Origin: Ranitomeya imitator
Lineage: Eukaryota
Direction of reading: 5' to 3'
NCBI RefSeq assembly: GCF_032444005.1
Contig: NC_091286.1
Span: forward strand, 577,654,001-577,718,000
DNA: 64,000 nucleotides
Every line of letters begins with the position of its first letter. Within the stretch, counting starts at the first letter, position 1. Below the pieces are notes generated by a model, which made no database searches, had not been told where the DNA came from, and saw nothing but the letters and a program-made list of their open reading frames with translations. The position numbers and the translations under genes are program-made. Positions 1 through 10,865 of this stretch are shown piece after piece.

Positions 1-401
1 TTGGGTTACATCACAAATCATACAAGTATTTCTCCAGTCTGTGTTTGTCTGACCGCAATGTTTACAAGTCCATCTGTCTTGTCTTGGTCTCTGGTTATAC
101 AAAGGTATGACCATAGCAGTAGTGTGTCGGTCATAGTCGGACTTTTGAGCATCAAAACATTCATAATACACCTTACTACCGTCCTGCTGCACTCTCTCAG
201 ATGCCATTTATTCACATGCTATTTTCCTCATTTGTCTGTGCCTTTTTGAACATCCAAACATCCACACTCCGGCATTTTTGCCTGTTTCAATATTGGTCTC
301 ACATCTTTCACTGCTTCCTTTCCTTCTCTGTCTTTTACAATCTCTATAGCGGTTCTGGATCCCATTGGGGGCCCTGACTGCACACAGAATAAGTTGCCCA
401 T
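1..401 (-). pseudogene. Degenerate retroviral-like gag 5' region (myristoylation-type start, RanBP2-type zinc finger), truncated by the window edge
   Basis: ATG at 401 reads MGNLFCVQSGPPMGSRTAIEIVKDREGKEAVKDVRPILKQ. After a frameshift near 245 and a TAA at 210-208, the frame reads ...RWTCKHCGQTNTDWRNTCMIC (W-x-C-x2-C-x3-N-x6-C-x2-C, nt 72-13). An A-rich leader lies upstream, with a GG|GTAAGC donor-like site at 1018. The ERV assignment is inference. Confidence 0.55.
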
Positions 402-511
402 GGCTTCAACTTATCCGCTCAGACACTCACCTCTAAAAATGCCCTTTATTAGTGTGCCTTGCCTTAAACCAGGGTTGCAACACGTGACAAGTCAGAGTGA
501 GTGTCAAGGTT

Positions 512-677
512 TAGCGAGCAGGTTACACCACCTACCACTCGGTAGACCTAAAGGATTCTAGCGAGCAGGTTACACCACCTACCACTCGGTAGATCAGCTG
601 GCTAGCACAGCTCCATGGAACGGCAAGGTTACACCACCAATTTGCCGTAGGCTGACTGTAGCAGGTTACACCACCTA
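512..677. repeat. Short tandem repeats in the putative retroviral leader
   Basis: Two perfect 35-bp copies of TAGCGAGCAGGTTACACCACCTACCACTCGGTAGA (512-546, 559-593), plus partial GGTTACACCACC copies near 624-639 and 659-677. Confidence 0.9.
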
Positions 678-1325
678 TTACATCAGCCGTGCAGTTGGCT
701 ACCTCCTCTGTTGATCCTCAATTTGCTATATCAATCACTCAACTTGAAGCAGGTTAATCTTTTACCAATCTTTTCAATCACTTTAAGTTTCCTCTAAAAT
801 AGGCACAATTCTTTCACTTTCAAATTCCAACTTCAATTGTACAACATTCCCTTTTTCTTCAATACCTACAGTACTTATTGCTTTAAACACAAATCTCTCA
901 GCGTGTACTAAACCAAAGACAGAGAAACTTTAGAATGCAGCTATGTGGCCCCCCCTTCCTCTGGCCCACAGCACAAAAGGGAGAAATGTCAAGCAAGTCG
1001 CGCAGGGGCTCAGCTTACCCCTCCCATCAGCGCTGATAAGAGCTTGGTGAGTCTTACACACACTGAAACAGAATGCAGCAGTTTTCAGACTTAACCTCTA
1101 CAAAACATTAATTCTCTCGGAATTAAAAACAGTTTCTCTATACAGGCAGATCACTGCATAACTTGAATAAGCTGATTCAGTTTTACACGTAGCAGAAGAC
1201 TACATCAGACCAAGAAGGCTCACCTGACCTCAGATGCGGTTAGGTGGGCTTCTCCATAATGTCTTGCAGCTATCACAGCCTGTATAAAAGCAGAAGCAGG
1301 AAATACAGCAGTCATTTCTTGGTGA

Positions 1326-2026
1326 ATCTAGATAATAAAAGGGGAGAAGCCAGCGCTGCTTGTGGTCAGAATACAATACAAAAGTGCACATGCACATATT
1401 AATTTCTAACTGTATATCAAAATGAGACATTTAGCAAACAATTGATCAATTCTTTGAGCCATCCCGCCACGCCAAGGCATTCTCATAATGGGGTAGTCCT
1501 ACTCTACGTCTTTTATATTCGCTGTGCCATTACGGCCTCCTAAATGTATTAAAAGTGGGACCATATTGAACGCAAACTGTACCTGTAGCGTTTCAGAATC
1601 ACTCCCATGGCGCCAGAAAGGGTACGCACAGATAAAGGTCGACCAGGTCCAAACATAGACATTTCAGATCTGACCTCCACACTGCCTGACGAGCACCACA
1701 GATAAAGAGTGAGACAGGCACAAATCAAACAGAGCCTGGGGCAGGGAGTGATTCAGAAACGCTTCAGGTACAGCTTGCATTTAATGTGGTCTTTTTTTAT
1801 ACATTCAGGAGGCCGTAATGGCACAGCAAATATAAAAAACGTAGAGTAGGACTGCCCCATTATGAGAATGCCTTGGCGTGGCAGGGTGGCTCAAAGAATT
1901 GATCAATTGTTTGCTAAATGTCTCATTTTAAAATACAGTTAGAAATCAACATGTGCATGTGCACTTTATGTATTGCATTCTGACCATAAGCAGCGCTGGG
2001 TTCTCCCCCTTTTCTCTAATCTAGAT
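1326..2026. mobile_element. Fold-back element with ~280-bp imperfect inverted arms
   Basis: 1326-1607 is an imperfect reverse complement of 1745-2026. Both ends carry the palindrome ATCTAGAT (1326-1333, 2019-2026). The spacer is ~137 bp. Confidence 0.8.
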
Positions 2027-2095
2027 AATGACAGGACATCACAGCTATCAGCTTAACCATAGAGATAGGATGAGAAAGCTATAAATCACTGAAAC

Positions 2096-2750
2096 TGAAA
2101 ATCAAACAATGCTCCCACGATTGGAAAGGATCATTCAATAGCAATTAGTTAGTAGTATGGCCTCCAAACCAATCCCTAGTATGCCCCCGTTCTACGCAAA
2201 CACAGACAAACTCATATAAAGGCTGAAACGCATTATGAACATATCAAAATCTTTATTAGTATAAAAACAAACATATATATAAAAAAGTAATACCCAGGTG
2301 AATGAGCCAAACAAAAGATGTTAATGGCACCACTACTGAGCAACAAGCAAGGCCTAGTGCATCATAATAAGACAGACTTCTGCCAGACAAGACGGAGTTC
2401 CTGCTAAAGTACTCACTACGACTTACCAAAAAAGGAACTCGAGCCACAATGGCATAACGGAGTTTGTAAGTATAAGAGTCTAATTAGCCGCAGGGAGAAA
2501 AACCATATCTGTCTTTGGCATAATCAAAACGAATAATAAGGACTTACCCGAGCTCAGGAGATGGTGCCACTACCCCTACGCGCGTTTCGGCGCTGTGCCT
2601 TCGTCAGGGGGAGTGGCATCAAACTCCAAACAAGCTCCTTTTACATAGTGATCCACCAATCAGGGTCTCCCCCTGCCAAATTGACAGGAAGCGTGCTCAC
2701 AAAGCAATGCATGTCGGTATCTGTAGTCCCGACACGCTGCGCACCGTATC
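2096..2750 (-). repeat. 3' pseudo-LTR of the PLE
   Basis: Near-identical to 7035-7689 (offset 4939). Contains a minus-strand AATAAA (2257-2252) and an HHR. Confidence 0.95.
2566..2617 (-). ncRNA. Minimal type I hammerhead ribozyme
   Basis: The minus strand reads GCCACU-CCCC-CUGACGA-A-GGC-ACAGC-GCC-GAAAC-GCGC-GUA-GGGG-U-AGUGGC. It has an intact CUGANGA/GAAA core, a GUA triplet and a short palindromic stem III, as in dimer-type PLE HHRs. Confidence 0.88.
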
Positions 2751-4027
2751 TGAGGTCCTATCAGGCAAAGATCGCACCCACACGTCATCAAGGGTGAGCG
2801 GCGTGCAGGGCACAGACTCCAACCGCGCGGCCGCACACGGAAGGAGACTCGGCCCAGCAACCCGCCCCCCCAGTGATGCGCGCGATAGTAAGCCACTCCC
2901 CGAACCTTCAGTGCGCTTGCGTGTCGGCAAGACAGAGACGGCATAGACCCAGAAACTCAGCTGTGAGTAAACGCAAGGGTGTACTACGTACCACATACTT
3001 ATACAATAAAATCGGTATTATAAAGGGATGCATGGAGATGCATGAGTGGAGTACACTTAATGATACCTAACAATACCTAAATGTGCAAGAATAAAACTAC
3101 GATCCTAATTGATCCACAGTCACCAGCAGGACAAACCGCTAATATCCAGTCGGTCCTCCTCATGACAACGGACCACCCACAACTATGTATATAAGTTGCA
3201 GAGAAAGTGCCTAATTGTGCAATAATAAGATTGCAATTATAATTATAAAATTATAATTGCAAGTGATCCATGGTCGCAAGACCGATTATCAATTTTCAAA
3301 ACATGGTCAAAATAATGACCAGGGGAACATAGGTTCCAACGTGATCCTAATTAAACATAATTTTTAAAAAATACTTTCCAATTAGAGACATGGGCAGATC
3401 ACAAAACCCGAAGGGGCAAAGAATAGACACTAAGCCCAAATATCTACCCAATAAAAAATGTCTATAAATATAAGACATACTGACACCCTCACAAACCTAT
3501 AGACAGTGACGTATATAACACTAATGACCATCAACAAAGTGTAGTGACCCTCCCTCATTGAATCTCCATACAAACCCAGCAATACAACATACATATCCAC
3601 TATATGGACATCAATGTATATCCAATACAAGGAACAGGAATAAGTCAGCTTCCCTTATTCCCATATAGAACCAATGAACAAAAGACATATCGTAGGTACA
3701 TGAACATAAATAAATCTATGTACAGGGGATAAACATTTAACCCCATTGGTAAAGTCCATGGTTAAAGTTCTTTGTAAATCAATCCGTATATACGGGATAT
3801 CCATCATTCTTCATATTGTGGCACTCGAATCGACCAAACCGGATGAGTCCAGATCAAGCCGTCAGATATAAATCGGGTATGCATTTAGCTCTTCATTGGT
3901 AGTACACTATGAAGCATGAAAGGGTAACAGATATTAATATCAAAAATTAAAAACAACATAAAACCATATACACACAAAATACAATGATACCACAAGATTA
4001 AAACATTACATTGCACGGAGTGGGAGT

Positions 4028-6181
4028 TTAGATAAAGGGAGCAAAACTTAAATTTTTGTTCAGACCGTCTGGTTGCACTGTTTTAAGGGTCCAGATCCAC
4101 TTGGCCTCTTTTTGGGCCAAGCTACGACCCAAGTTCCCGCCTCTCAAATTTGTCCTAATATGATCAATCCCCCTTACTCTTAGGCCTGACGGATCACAGG
4201 AGTGATATTCTTTAAAGTGCCTTGGGATCGTTTTCAACTGCTCCAGGTCACTCTCATTGGCAGCCGCCACGATCCCACGAACGTGTTCTCTCACTCTCAC
4301 TTTCAGGGCCCGTGTTGTAAGTCCCCCATATACCAGTGAACAAGGGCACTTAGCATAATATATGACTGTCTGGGTAGAACAATTTATGGCATGAGTAATA
4401 ATGAATTTCCTCCCATCGGATGAAAGAAATTCAGTCACCTCTTCTATGTTTGGGCACGCAATGCATTTACCACATGGTTTACACCCCCAAGTTTTCACAA
4501 CTTTTTTACCTTTGAAGATCTGTGGTTGATTGGTGGGCGTGTAGAAACTTCTCACCAGATGGTCTCGCAAATTATCACATCGTCTTGCTGTGATGGCGGG
4601 TGTGGGAGGTATATATTGTCTCAAAGTCTTGTCTGCCGTTAAGATCGGCCCATGTTTTTTCATGACTTCGTACATTTTTGGCCATTGGGAGTGATACTGA
4701 GTTATCATCCTCGTTGAGTCCATCCTTGGTTTCTCCGTTTTAGAGTACAATAAATCATGACGGTTCGTATTTCTAGCTCTATTATATGCATGTTTTATAG
4801 AGCGTTTACTATATCCTCGCTCACCAAATCGTTTCTTCATATCACTTGCTTGCTTTTCGAAATCGCCGTCTGTAGAACAAATTCGTCGAATCCTCAAAAA
4901 TTGACTAACGGGGATTGATCTCACTACATGTGCCGGATGAGAAGAGGTAGCATGGAGGATGGCATTTACGGCTGTGTCCTTACGGAAGATGTCCGTCTGC
5001 AAGAAACCAGAGTTATCTTTTTTAATCATCACATCGAGGAACTCGATTTGACTGGTATGATACTTATATGTCAGTTTTATATTCTGATCATTCTTATTAA
5101 GATCCTGGAAAAAATTATTAAGCGTATCTGATGTCCCCCGCCAGATCAGAAAAATGTCGTCGATGTACCGGGTCCAAAGAATGACCCGGTCCATCGACGA
5201 ACACTGATCTGCGGAGAATAGGTCCCTCTCCCACAGCCCCAAGAACAGATTGGCATACGATGGTTCACATGCCGCTCCCATCGCTGTTCCCTGGAGCTGC
5301 AGGAAGAGGGACCCGTTAAAAGTAAAAAAGTTGTGTGTTAGTAAAAATTCTAACAGCTGTAACAAAAATCGAATTTCATCTGATGTGAACGTAGTCATAG
5401 AGAGATAATGTCTCGTGGCCTGGAGTCCATCACAATGTCGGATACTCGTGTAGAGGGACTCCACATCACATGTGACAAGCAACATGTCCTCGTCCACGTG
5501 TATGAAGTCCACCCTACACAAGAAATCCGAAGTGTCCTTCAAAAATGATGGAATTGTCTCTACTAACGGTTTCAAAAATGAATCAATGTATTTACCTATT
5601 TTTTCCGTCAGGCCTCCAATCCCAGAGATAATCGGCCTTCCTGGTGGATTTTTAGTGTCTTTGTGTAATTTTGGTAATATATTCATTGTAGGAACCACTG
5701 GGTCTCTTGTCCATAGAATATCACGTATCTCTTGGGTGATGATTTCCATATCTAATGCACTCTGTAGAATCTTTCCTAGGCTGTCCCTGTATGACGACAT
5801 GGGATTAAAGGTAAGTTTTTGATAACATCCTGGTACCCTAAGCAAGCGATAGACTTCAGCCTCATACATTTTATTTGGCCACACTACAATATTTCCCCCT
5901 TTATCGGCGGGTTTGAATGTTACATTGTCCAATTTTTTAAGACGCTTAAAACCCATCCATTCCATTTTTGTCATGTTGTCCCTAGATATTCTCCCAGATA
6001 TTTCTTCGAACTCTTTGGTTACAAGTTGCACAAAGATTTCAACATTGGGGCATAGAGACAGTGGGGGAAATTTTTTAGATTTTGGTTTAATATTTAATGG
6101 TACAATACCTAGAGTTGGTGTATTATGTTCTCTACTCAGTTCCTCCAAAATTTGTAGTGCTTCTTGTTCTTCTGGCATCAA
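4028..6181 (-). CDS. PLE reverse transcriptase plus GIY-YIG endonuclease (717 aa open frame)
   Basis: RT motifs PGRPIISG, DVESLYTSI, QGTAMG and RYIDDIF; Cys-rich linker CKPCGKCIAC; GIY-YIG-like VIYYAKCPCSLVYGGLTTRALKVRVREH. Confidence 0.93.
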   Translation of the reverse strand: MMPEEQEALQILEELSREHNTPTLGIVPLNIKPKSKKFPPLSLCPNVEIFVQLVTKEFEEISGRISRDNMTKMEWMGFKRLKKLDNVTFKPADKGGNIVVWPNKMYEAEVYRLLRVPGCYQKLTFNPMSSYRDSLGKILQSALDMEIITQEIRDILWTRDPVVPTMNILPKLHKDTKNPPGRPIISGIGGLTEKIGKYIDSFLKPLVETIPSFLKDTSDFLCRVDFIHVDEDMLLVTCDVESLYTSIRHCDGLQATRHYLSMTTFTSDEIRFLLQLLEFLLTHNFFTFNGSLFLQLQGTAMGAACEPSYANLFLGLWERDLFSADQCSSMDRVILWTRYIDDIFLIWRGTSDTLNNFFQDLNKNDQNIKLTYKYHTSQIEFLDVMIKKDNSGFLQTDIFRKDTAVNAILHATSSHPAHVVRSIPVSQFLRIRRICSTDGDFEKQASDMKKRFGERGYSKRSIKHAYNRARNTNRHDLLYSKTEKPRMDSTRMITQYHSQWPKMYEVMKKHGPILTADKTLRQYIPPTPAITARRCDNLRDHLVRSFYTPTNQPQIFKGKKVVKTWGCKPCGKCIACPNIEEVTEFLSSDGRKFIITHAINCSTQTVIYYAKCPCSLVYGGLTTRALKVRVREHVRGIVAAANESDLEQLKTIPRHFKEYHSCDPSGLRVRGIDHIRTNLRGGNLGRSLAQKEAKWIWTLKTVQPDGLNKNLSFAPFI

Positions 6182-6989
6182 ACCTATTACTGGGTGAAAA
6201 AGTTAGGCCTTTAGATAACAAATCGAGTTCAACATCAGAGAGGTCATGCTCAGAAAGGTTAATCACCTTCGGTGTGTTTTTAGTGGGTTCGTGTACTCCT
6301 CTTTTCGTGTTGGGAAGTGTGTGATTGGCTTTCCGTTTGTTGCTGCCAAAACGAGTTCTCATTGGTCTATAGGAATGTTGTGAATTATCCGAAGACTCAC
6401 CAACAGAGGACACTGATGACATAGAGGCCGATCTGTAGTGACGCGTCTTTGCACCTTGTCTCCGCCATCTATATACTTGATTTTGTTGATAATCCATGGT
6501 GTCTCGGGTCAACTTTTTTCCTTGTGCAAGTTTTATTTGCTCCTCCCACTCCTCAGATTTTTTTGTCATAGGCACATTAAATGCAGTCATTATCTCTGGG
6601 GTGCTGTCTTTATTCAATATGGTATATAACTCATCTATTTCATTTTCAATTGTAACCATAGAGTTTTTGTTAAGTTCAATTAATAGCTCCATGAATTGGT
6701 ATGATCCTTTACTACAAACATCCTCCCATCTGCTAATAAAGTTCTCGTCTTCAACTGGAAATGAAGGAAAAATTTGAATTCTGAGGCCACGGGGGATAAA
6801 TTTCTTTTTAATATAGTTCTCAAGGAACGCTCTGTTCCACCAGATTTTGGTCCTTTTATGCATGAGTCACTGGATCTTAAGTTGCAATGCGCTCAAATCA
6901 TTGTTTTCTCCCAACTCCGTGCAATTTGACTCACCGAACACCTGGGCTACTTGTGCCAGCCAGACGCTATCCCTGGCTTTAAAATCCAT
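6132..6989 (-). pseudogene. N-terminal part of the PLE polyprotein, disrupted
   Basis: ATG at 6989 (MDFKARDSVW...) is in frame with the 243-aa ORF across one TGA. It contains IPRGLRI and KVINLS...LLSKGLTFSP, typical of the region upstream of PLE RT, and shifts frame near 6180. Confidence 0.8.
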
Positions 6990-7010
6990 GGGTGCTAGGG
7001 ATACTCAATT

Positions 7011-7486
7011 CTGTGAAAATACACAGCAAATACATGAAAATCAAACAATGCTCCCACGATTGGAAAGGATCATTCAATAGCAATTAGTTAGTAGTATGGC
7101 CTCCAAACCAATCCCTAGTATGCCCCCGTTCTACGCAAACACAGACAAACTCATATAAAGGCTGAAGCGTATTATGAACATATCAAAATCTTTATTAGTA
7201 TAAAAACAAACATATATATAAAAAAGTAATACCCAGGTGAATGAGCCAAACAAAAGATGTTAATGGCACCACTACTGAGCAACAAGCAAGGCCTAGTGCA
7301 TCATAATAAGACAGACTTCTGCCAGACAAGACGGAGTTCCTGCTAAAGTACTCACTACGACTCACCAAAAAAGGAACTCGAGCCACAATGGCATAACGGA
7401 GTTTGTAAGTATAAGAGTCTAATTAGCCGCAGGGAGAAAAACCATATCTGTCTTTGGCATAATCAAAACGAATAATAAGGACTTAC
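7011..7486 (-). other. Predicted spliceosomal intron in the PLE 5' leader
   Basis: Donor GG|GTAAGT at 7486; acceptor TGTGTATTTTCACAG| at 7011, about 20 nt upstream of the ATG at 6989. 5' introns are an established feature of PLEs. Confidence 0.7.
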
Positions 7487-7689
7487 CCGAGCTCAGGAGA
7501 TGGTGCCACTACCCCTACGCGCGTTTCGGCGCTGTGCCTTCGTCAGGGGGAGTGGCATCAAACTCCAAACAAGCTCCTTTTACATAGTGATCCACCAATC
7601 AGGGTCTCCCCCTGCCAAATTGACAGGAAGCGTGCTCACAAAGCAATGCATGTCGGTATCTGTAGTCCCAACACGCTGCGCACCGTATC
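7035..7689 (-). repeat. 5' pseudo-LTR of the PLE (5'-truncated copy of the 3' end)
   Basis: Direct repeat of 2096-2750. Confidence 0.95.
7505..7556 (-). ncRNA. Minimal type I hammerhead ribozyme (second copy)
   Basis: Same sequence as 2566-2617; predicted cleavage between 7516 and 7515. Confidence 0.88.
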
Positions 7690-8737
7690 ACTGAACGGTG
7701 ATACCGTACCTGTATCTGTACAGTTTCAGTGAAATCACTGAAACTGTACAGATTGTTTACGTGATAACAGTGAAAAATGTTTAGTATCTGATGACCCACA
7801 ACCATATGTGTTGTGGTTATTTTGACCTTACAAAGGCTGTGTTTGCATTAGAGAGCTGTAGAGGTGTTAAATACAGTCCTGGGAGATCTCAGAGTGTTAT
7901 ACACGTCTTTTCAGGGTAATTGAAGACTTGGCAGCACTTTCCATTCATGGTGAATAGATTTGCCACTTCTCAAGTTTTTGGTGAAAATTCCACAAAGTTG
8001 GTAAATTTTAATTTTGAAACCCTAATCTCTAGTAGTAATAGCAATGGAGCATATCTGCAAGAAGCCTGGAGCAAGGTATATACTAAAAATAAGAAAAGAA
8101 CGTTGATTTAGTAACATTGTTGTTAGATGCAGTTTGCAACAGTGACCACCTACTGCCCCCAACTGTTTTCACGTGATCAGCGTTGTCAAGGAAACATTTT
8201 ACTATATTACAATTAATGTGTCCATGTTTTCTATGTAGTCTCAGGTCATCTATTTGTAATTTTAACACATCATAATCTGAACAGAAACCTTTCTACAGGA
8301 AGACTCTGAAAATGAAAAATCTGCTGCCAGAGAGCTTTTGCATTCTTATGATATTGGGACTGTGCTCCATGTAATTACAATTTTAATTTAATTTCTATGG
8401 AATTTACCTTGTCTTCATATGACAACTAAACTACTTTCAGGATAAGCTGCTAGTTAGAACATCAAAAATTCACTTTGCAATTGTTTAAAGAGAATCTGTC
8501 ACCACATTTGACCTATCTAAACTATTAATATGGGCATACAGGCTATAGAATGCTGGAAACAGTCCTACCTGTGTGCCTCATATCAGATGTCTTGTTATTG
8601 ACAAATCATCTTTTATCACTTTATGTAAATTACTTCTTCCAGACTATGGGGAGGGAGCTGCCCGGAATATAACTCTGCCTCCAGAGCTTGTTTTACATGA
8701 AGGAGGAGTTACCAGTGTGATGTGTAATGGTTACCAG

Positions 8738-9048
8738 TAGTGATGAGCGAGTATACTCGTTGCTCTGGCTTTCCCGATCACGCTCGGATGGTCTCTGTGT
8801 ATTTGTGACTGCTCAGAGATTTAATTTTTGTTGACGCAACTCCATGATTTACAGCTACTACCCAGCCTGAGTACATGTGGGGGTTGCCTGGTTGCTAGGG
8901 AATCCTCACATGTAATCAAGCTGTCTAGCAGCCGTAAATCATTCAGCTGCGGCAAAGAAAACTAGATCTCCGAGCAGTCACAAATACTCAGAGACCACCT
9001 GAGCGTGCTCTGTAAAACCTGATCAATGAGTACCATCGCTCATCACTA
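8738..9048. mobile_element. hAT-type MITE (TAGTGATGAGCGA family)
   Basis: TIR TAGTGATGAGCGA...TCGCTCATCACTA; perfect 8-bp TSD GTTACCAG. Confidence 0.9.
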
Positions 9049-9862
9049 GTTACCAGTGTAACCAGTGTGATGTGTAATGGTTGCCAGTGTTACCAGTGTG
9101 ATGTGTAATCGTCGCTGTCTGCTCTCTTGATCTCACTGCAGAGCTGTGTGTGATTGTAACTAACACATCTGCAGGTTCCTCTCAGCGTCAGCTCCATCTC
9201 ACAGGTGGTTTTATCTCGCTGGTTCCTTCCCGCCCCATATATTGTAGGCTTTTTAGTCCAAGAGACATATCTTATTAGAACAGGGACACAACTATAAGGT
9301 ACGCATTGATGTTGCAGTAGGGTTCATATACATTGGCCAATTTATGTGCTACATGCCTTTTTTTACTATAAATTTTGCTATGGCAATATTGCATTTACAA
9401 TTTTTCAAAATTTCACATGTATATAATATAGCACTTAACCAATGTTCTATGGCAGTAATGCAGCTCCAATATTCTAGATTTACCATTCTAAACAATCCAG
9501 AGTGCCGCTTTATATTTTCTTAGAATTGTTTTGTTAGCTGGCACTTACAATATTCACACTAGTTGGGATGTGCTGGTCAGTTTTTCCTGTTTGTAGCTCT
9601 ATCTCAGACAGGTAGGGTGTAATATTGTTGCAATACAGCAGAGCTCATGAGCTGCAAAAAATGTGTCTGCGAGAAGAAAATTTCTTTCCCATTGTTCTGT
9701 GTTAGTTACTTGTCTCACACTGTTAACTCCCCCTTTCATTTATAATTATGTCTGGAGGCAGAGCAATCTTCCAGGCAACATCCTCCCCATAGCCTGGAAG
9801 AGGTAATTTACATATAAGAAAAACATGGATGGCTCTGGAATAAGGTATCAAGGTATCATTGT

Positions 9863-10347
9863 TGTCATGGTTAGGAGATGGTTAATGTCGTGTTCTCTCA
9901 GGGTTAATGTTGTTGGCCTCTCTTTCAATATGGGAGGGGTATTTATCCTCACTCTAACTAGGTTTCACTGTCAGGTATACGTTTTGTTTAGTCTGTGCGT
10001 CTGACCCCTGGTGTGTGTGCCCGGTTTGCATAGTGTTTCCCTTGCTCTCCGTGCGTTACTCTGTTTGTTCTTCTGGATTACTGAACTCTGGCTTCACTTC
10101 TGACTATCCCCTGTCTCTCCCCTTTGGTAGATCGGGATCTCCTGGCTCTGATCTTTGCTTGTTTGACAACTCTTTTGTGTCTATCCCTTCTCTGCACCCT
10201 GGCGTCTGACTCCGCCCCTGACCACCTCCCTCTCTGTCACATGTCTCAGGTCCTGTTTGTACCTGGTTAGAAACCCAGTGTTTTGTTCAGCTCCCTTGCT
10301 GCTGTGTGCAGTGTTTCTCACAGCAGTATTACCCAGGAGTCATGACA
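9863..10347 (+). mobile_element. Solo LTR
   Basis: TGTCATG...CATGACA termini; perfect 5-bp TSD ATTGT. Confidence 0.85.
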
Positions 10348-10434
10348 ATTGTATTCAGCTTCCTATGACCTACATGCGCATATAGACACCTTAAAAAGGT
10401 TGATCCACTGATAAATACCCTTTAAAGCCATTAA

Positions 10435-10865
10435 AGAGAAACGGTCAGCAGGATTTTACTGTGTACTCTGAGAGCAGCATTATGTAGGGGCAATCGGCCC
10501 TGATTCTAGCGATATGTCACTTAGTGGGCTGATTGTTGTAGTTTCAATAAAATCAGTGTTTTATCATCAGGAAATTATCACTAGAGGACTAGGTGTCTCG
10601 TGCCTTCTGGTCCAACCTCGCCCCCAGTGCTGATTAGTAGCTATCAATTCACAGTGCTCTCAGAAGGCTGCCAGTCAGCAGTGTGGGTGGGGTTATACAG
10701 AGCTCAGTATTCAGAGCACTTCTGCATGCCCAACAAAGAACACAGTGATTGTATCAAACTAACAGCATACAGACGAGCAAGTGATGCATCGCTGGGATCA
10801 GGGACTCTGCCTCTACATCATGCTCTTCTCAGATTACATAGCAACAACCTGGTGACAGATTCCAT
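10435..10865. mobile_element. Kolobok/T2-type MITE
   Basis: TTAA flanks; degenerate TIR AGAGAAACGGTCA...TGACAGATTCCAT; related ends at 8487 and 31147-31645. Confidence 0.65.

Larger units (their letters stand above)
2098..7689 (-). mobile_element. Penelope-like retroelement (Neptune-type), near full length, with tandem pseudo-LTRs
   Basis: RT plus GIY-YIG ORF; 655-bp direct repeats at 2096-2750 and 7035-7689; an HHR in each repeat; 15-bp TSD AAATCACTGAAACTG at 2083-2097 and 7732-7746. Confidence 0.95.

Noticed and set aside
512-677. CRISPR-like repeat-spacer array
   Set aside because: Only two full repeats with a 12-bp spacer, a vertebrate context and no cas genes.
1455-1474. tRNA-Leu-like PBS (ATCCCGCCACGCCA) for the ERV
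   Set aside because: It lies inside one arm of a fold-back element, is mirrored in the other arm, and has no adjacent LTR.
6132-6863. Separate ORF1 making a novel two-ORF PLE
   Set aside because: The ORF ends with the conserved VINLS...KGLTFSP block that normally continues into RT in one polyprotein. A frameshift or deletion near 6180 explains the split.
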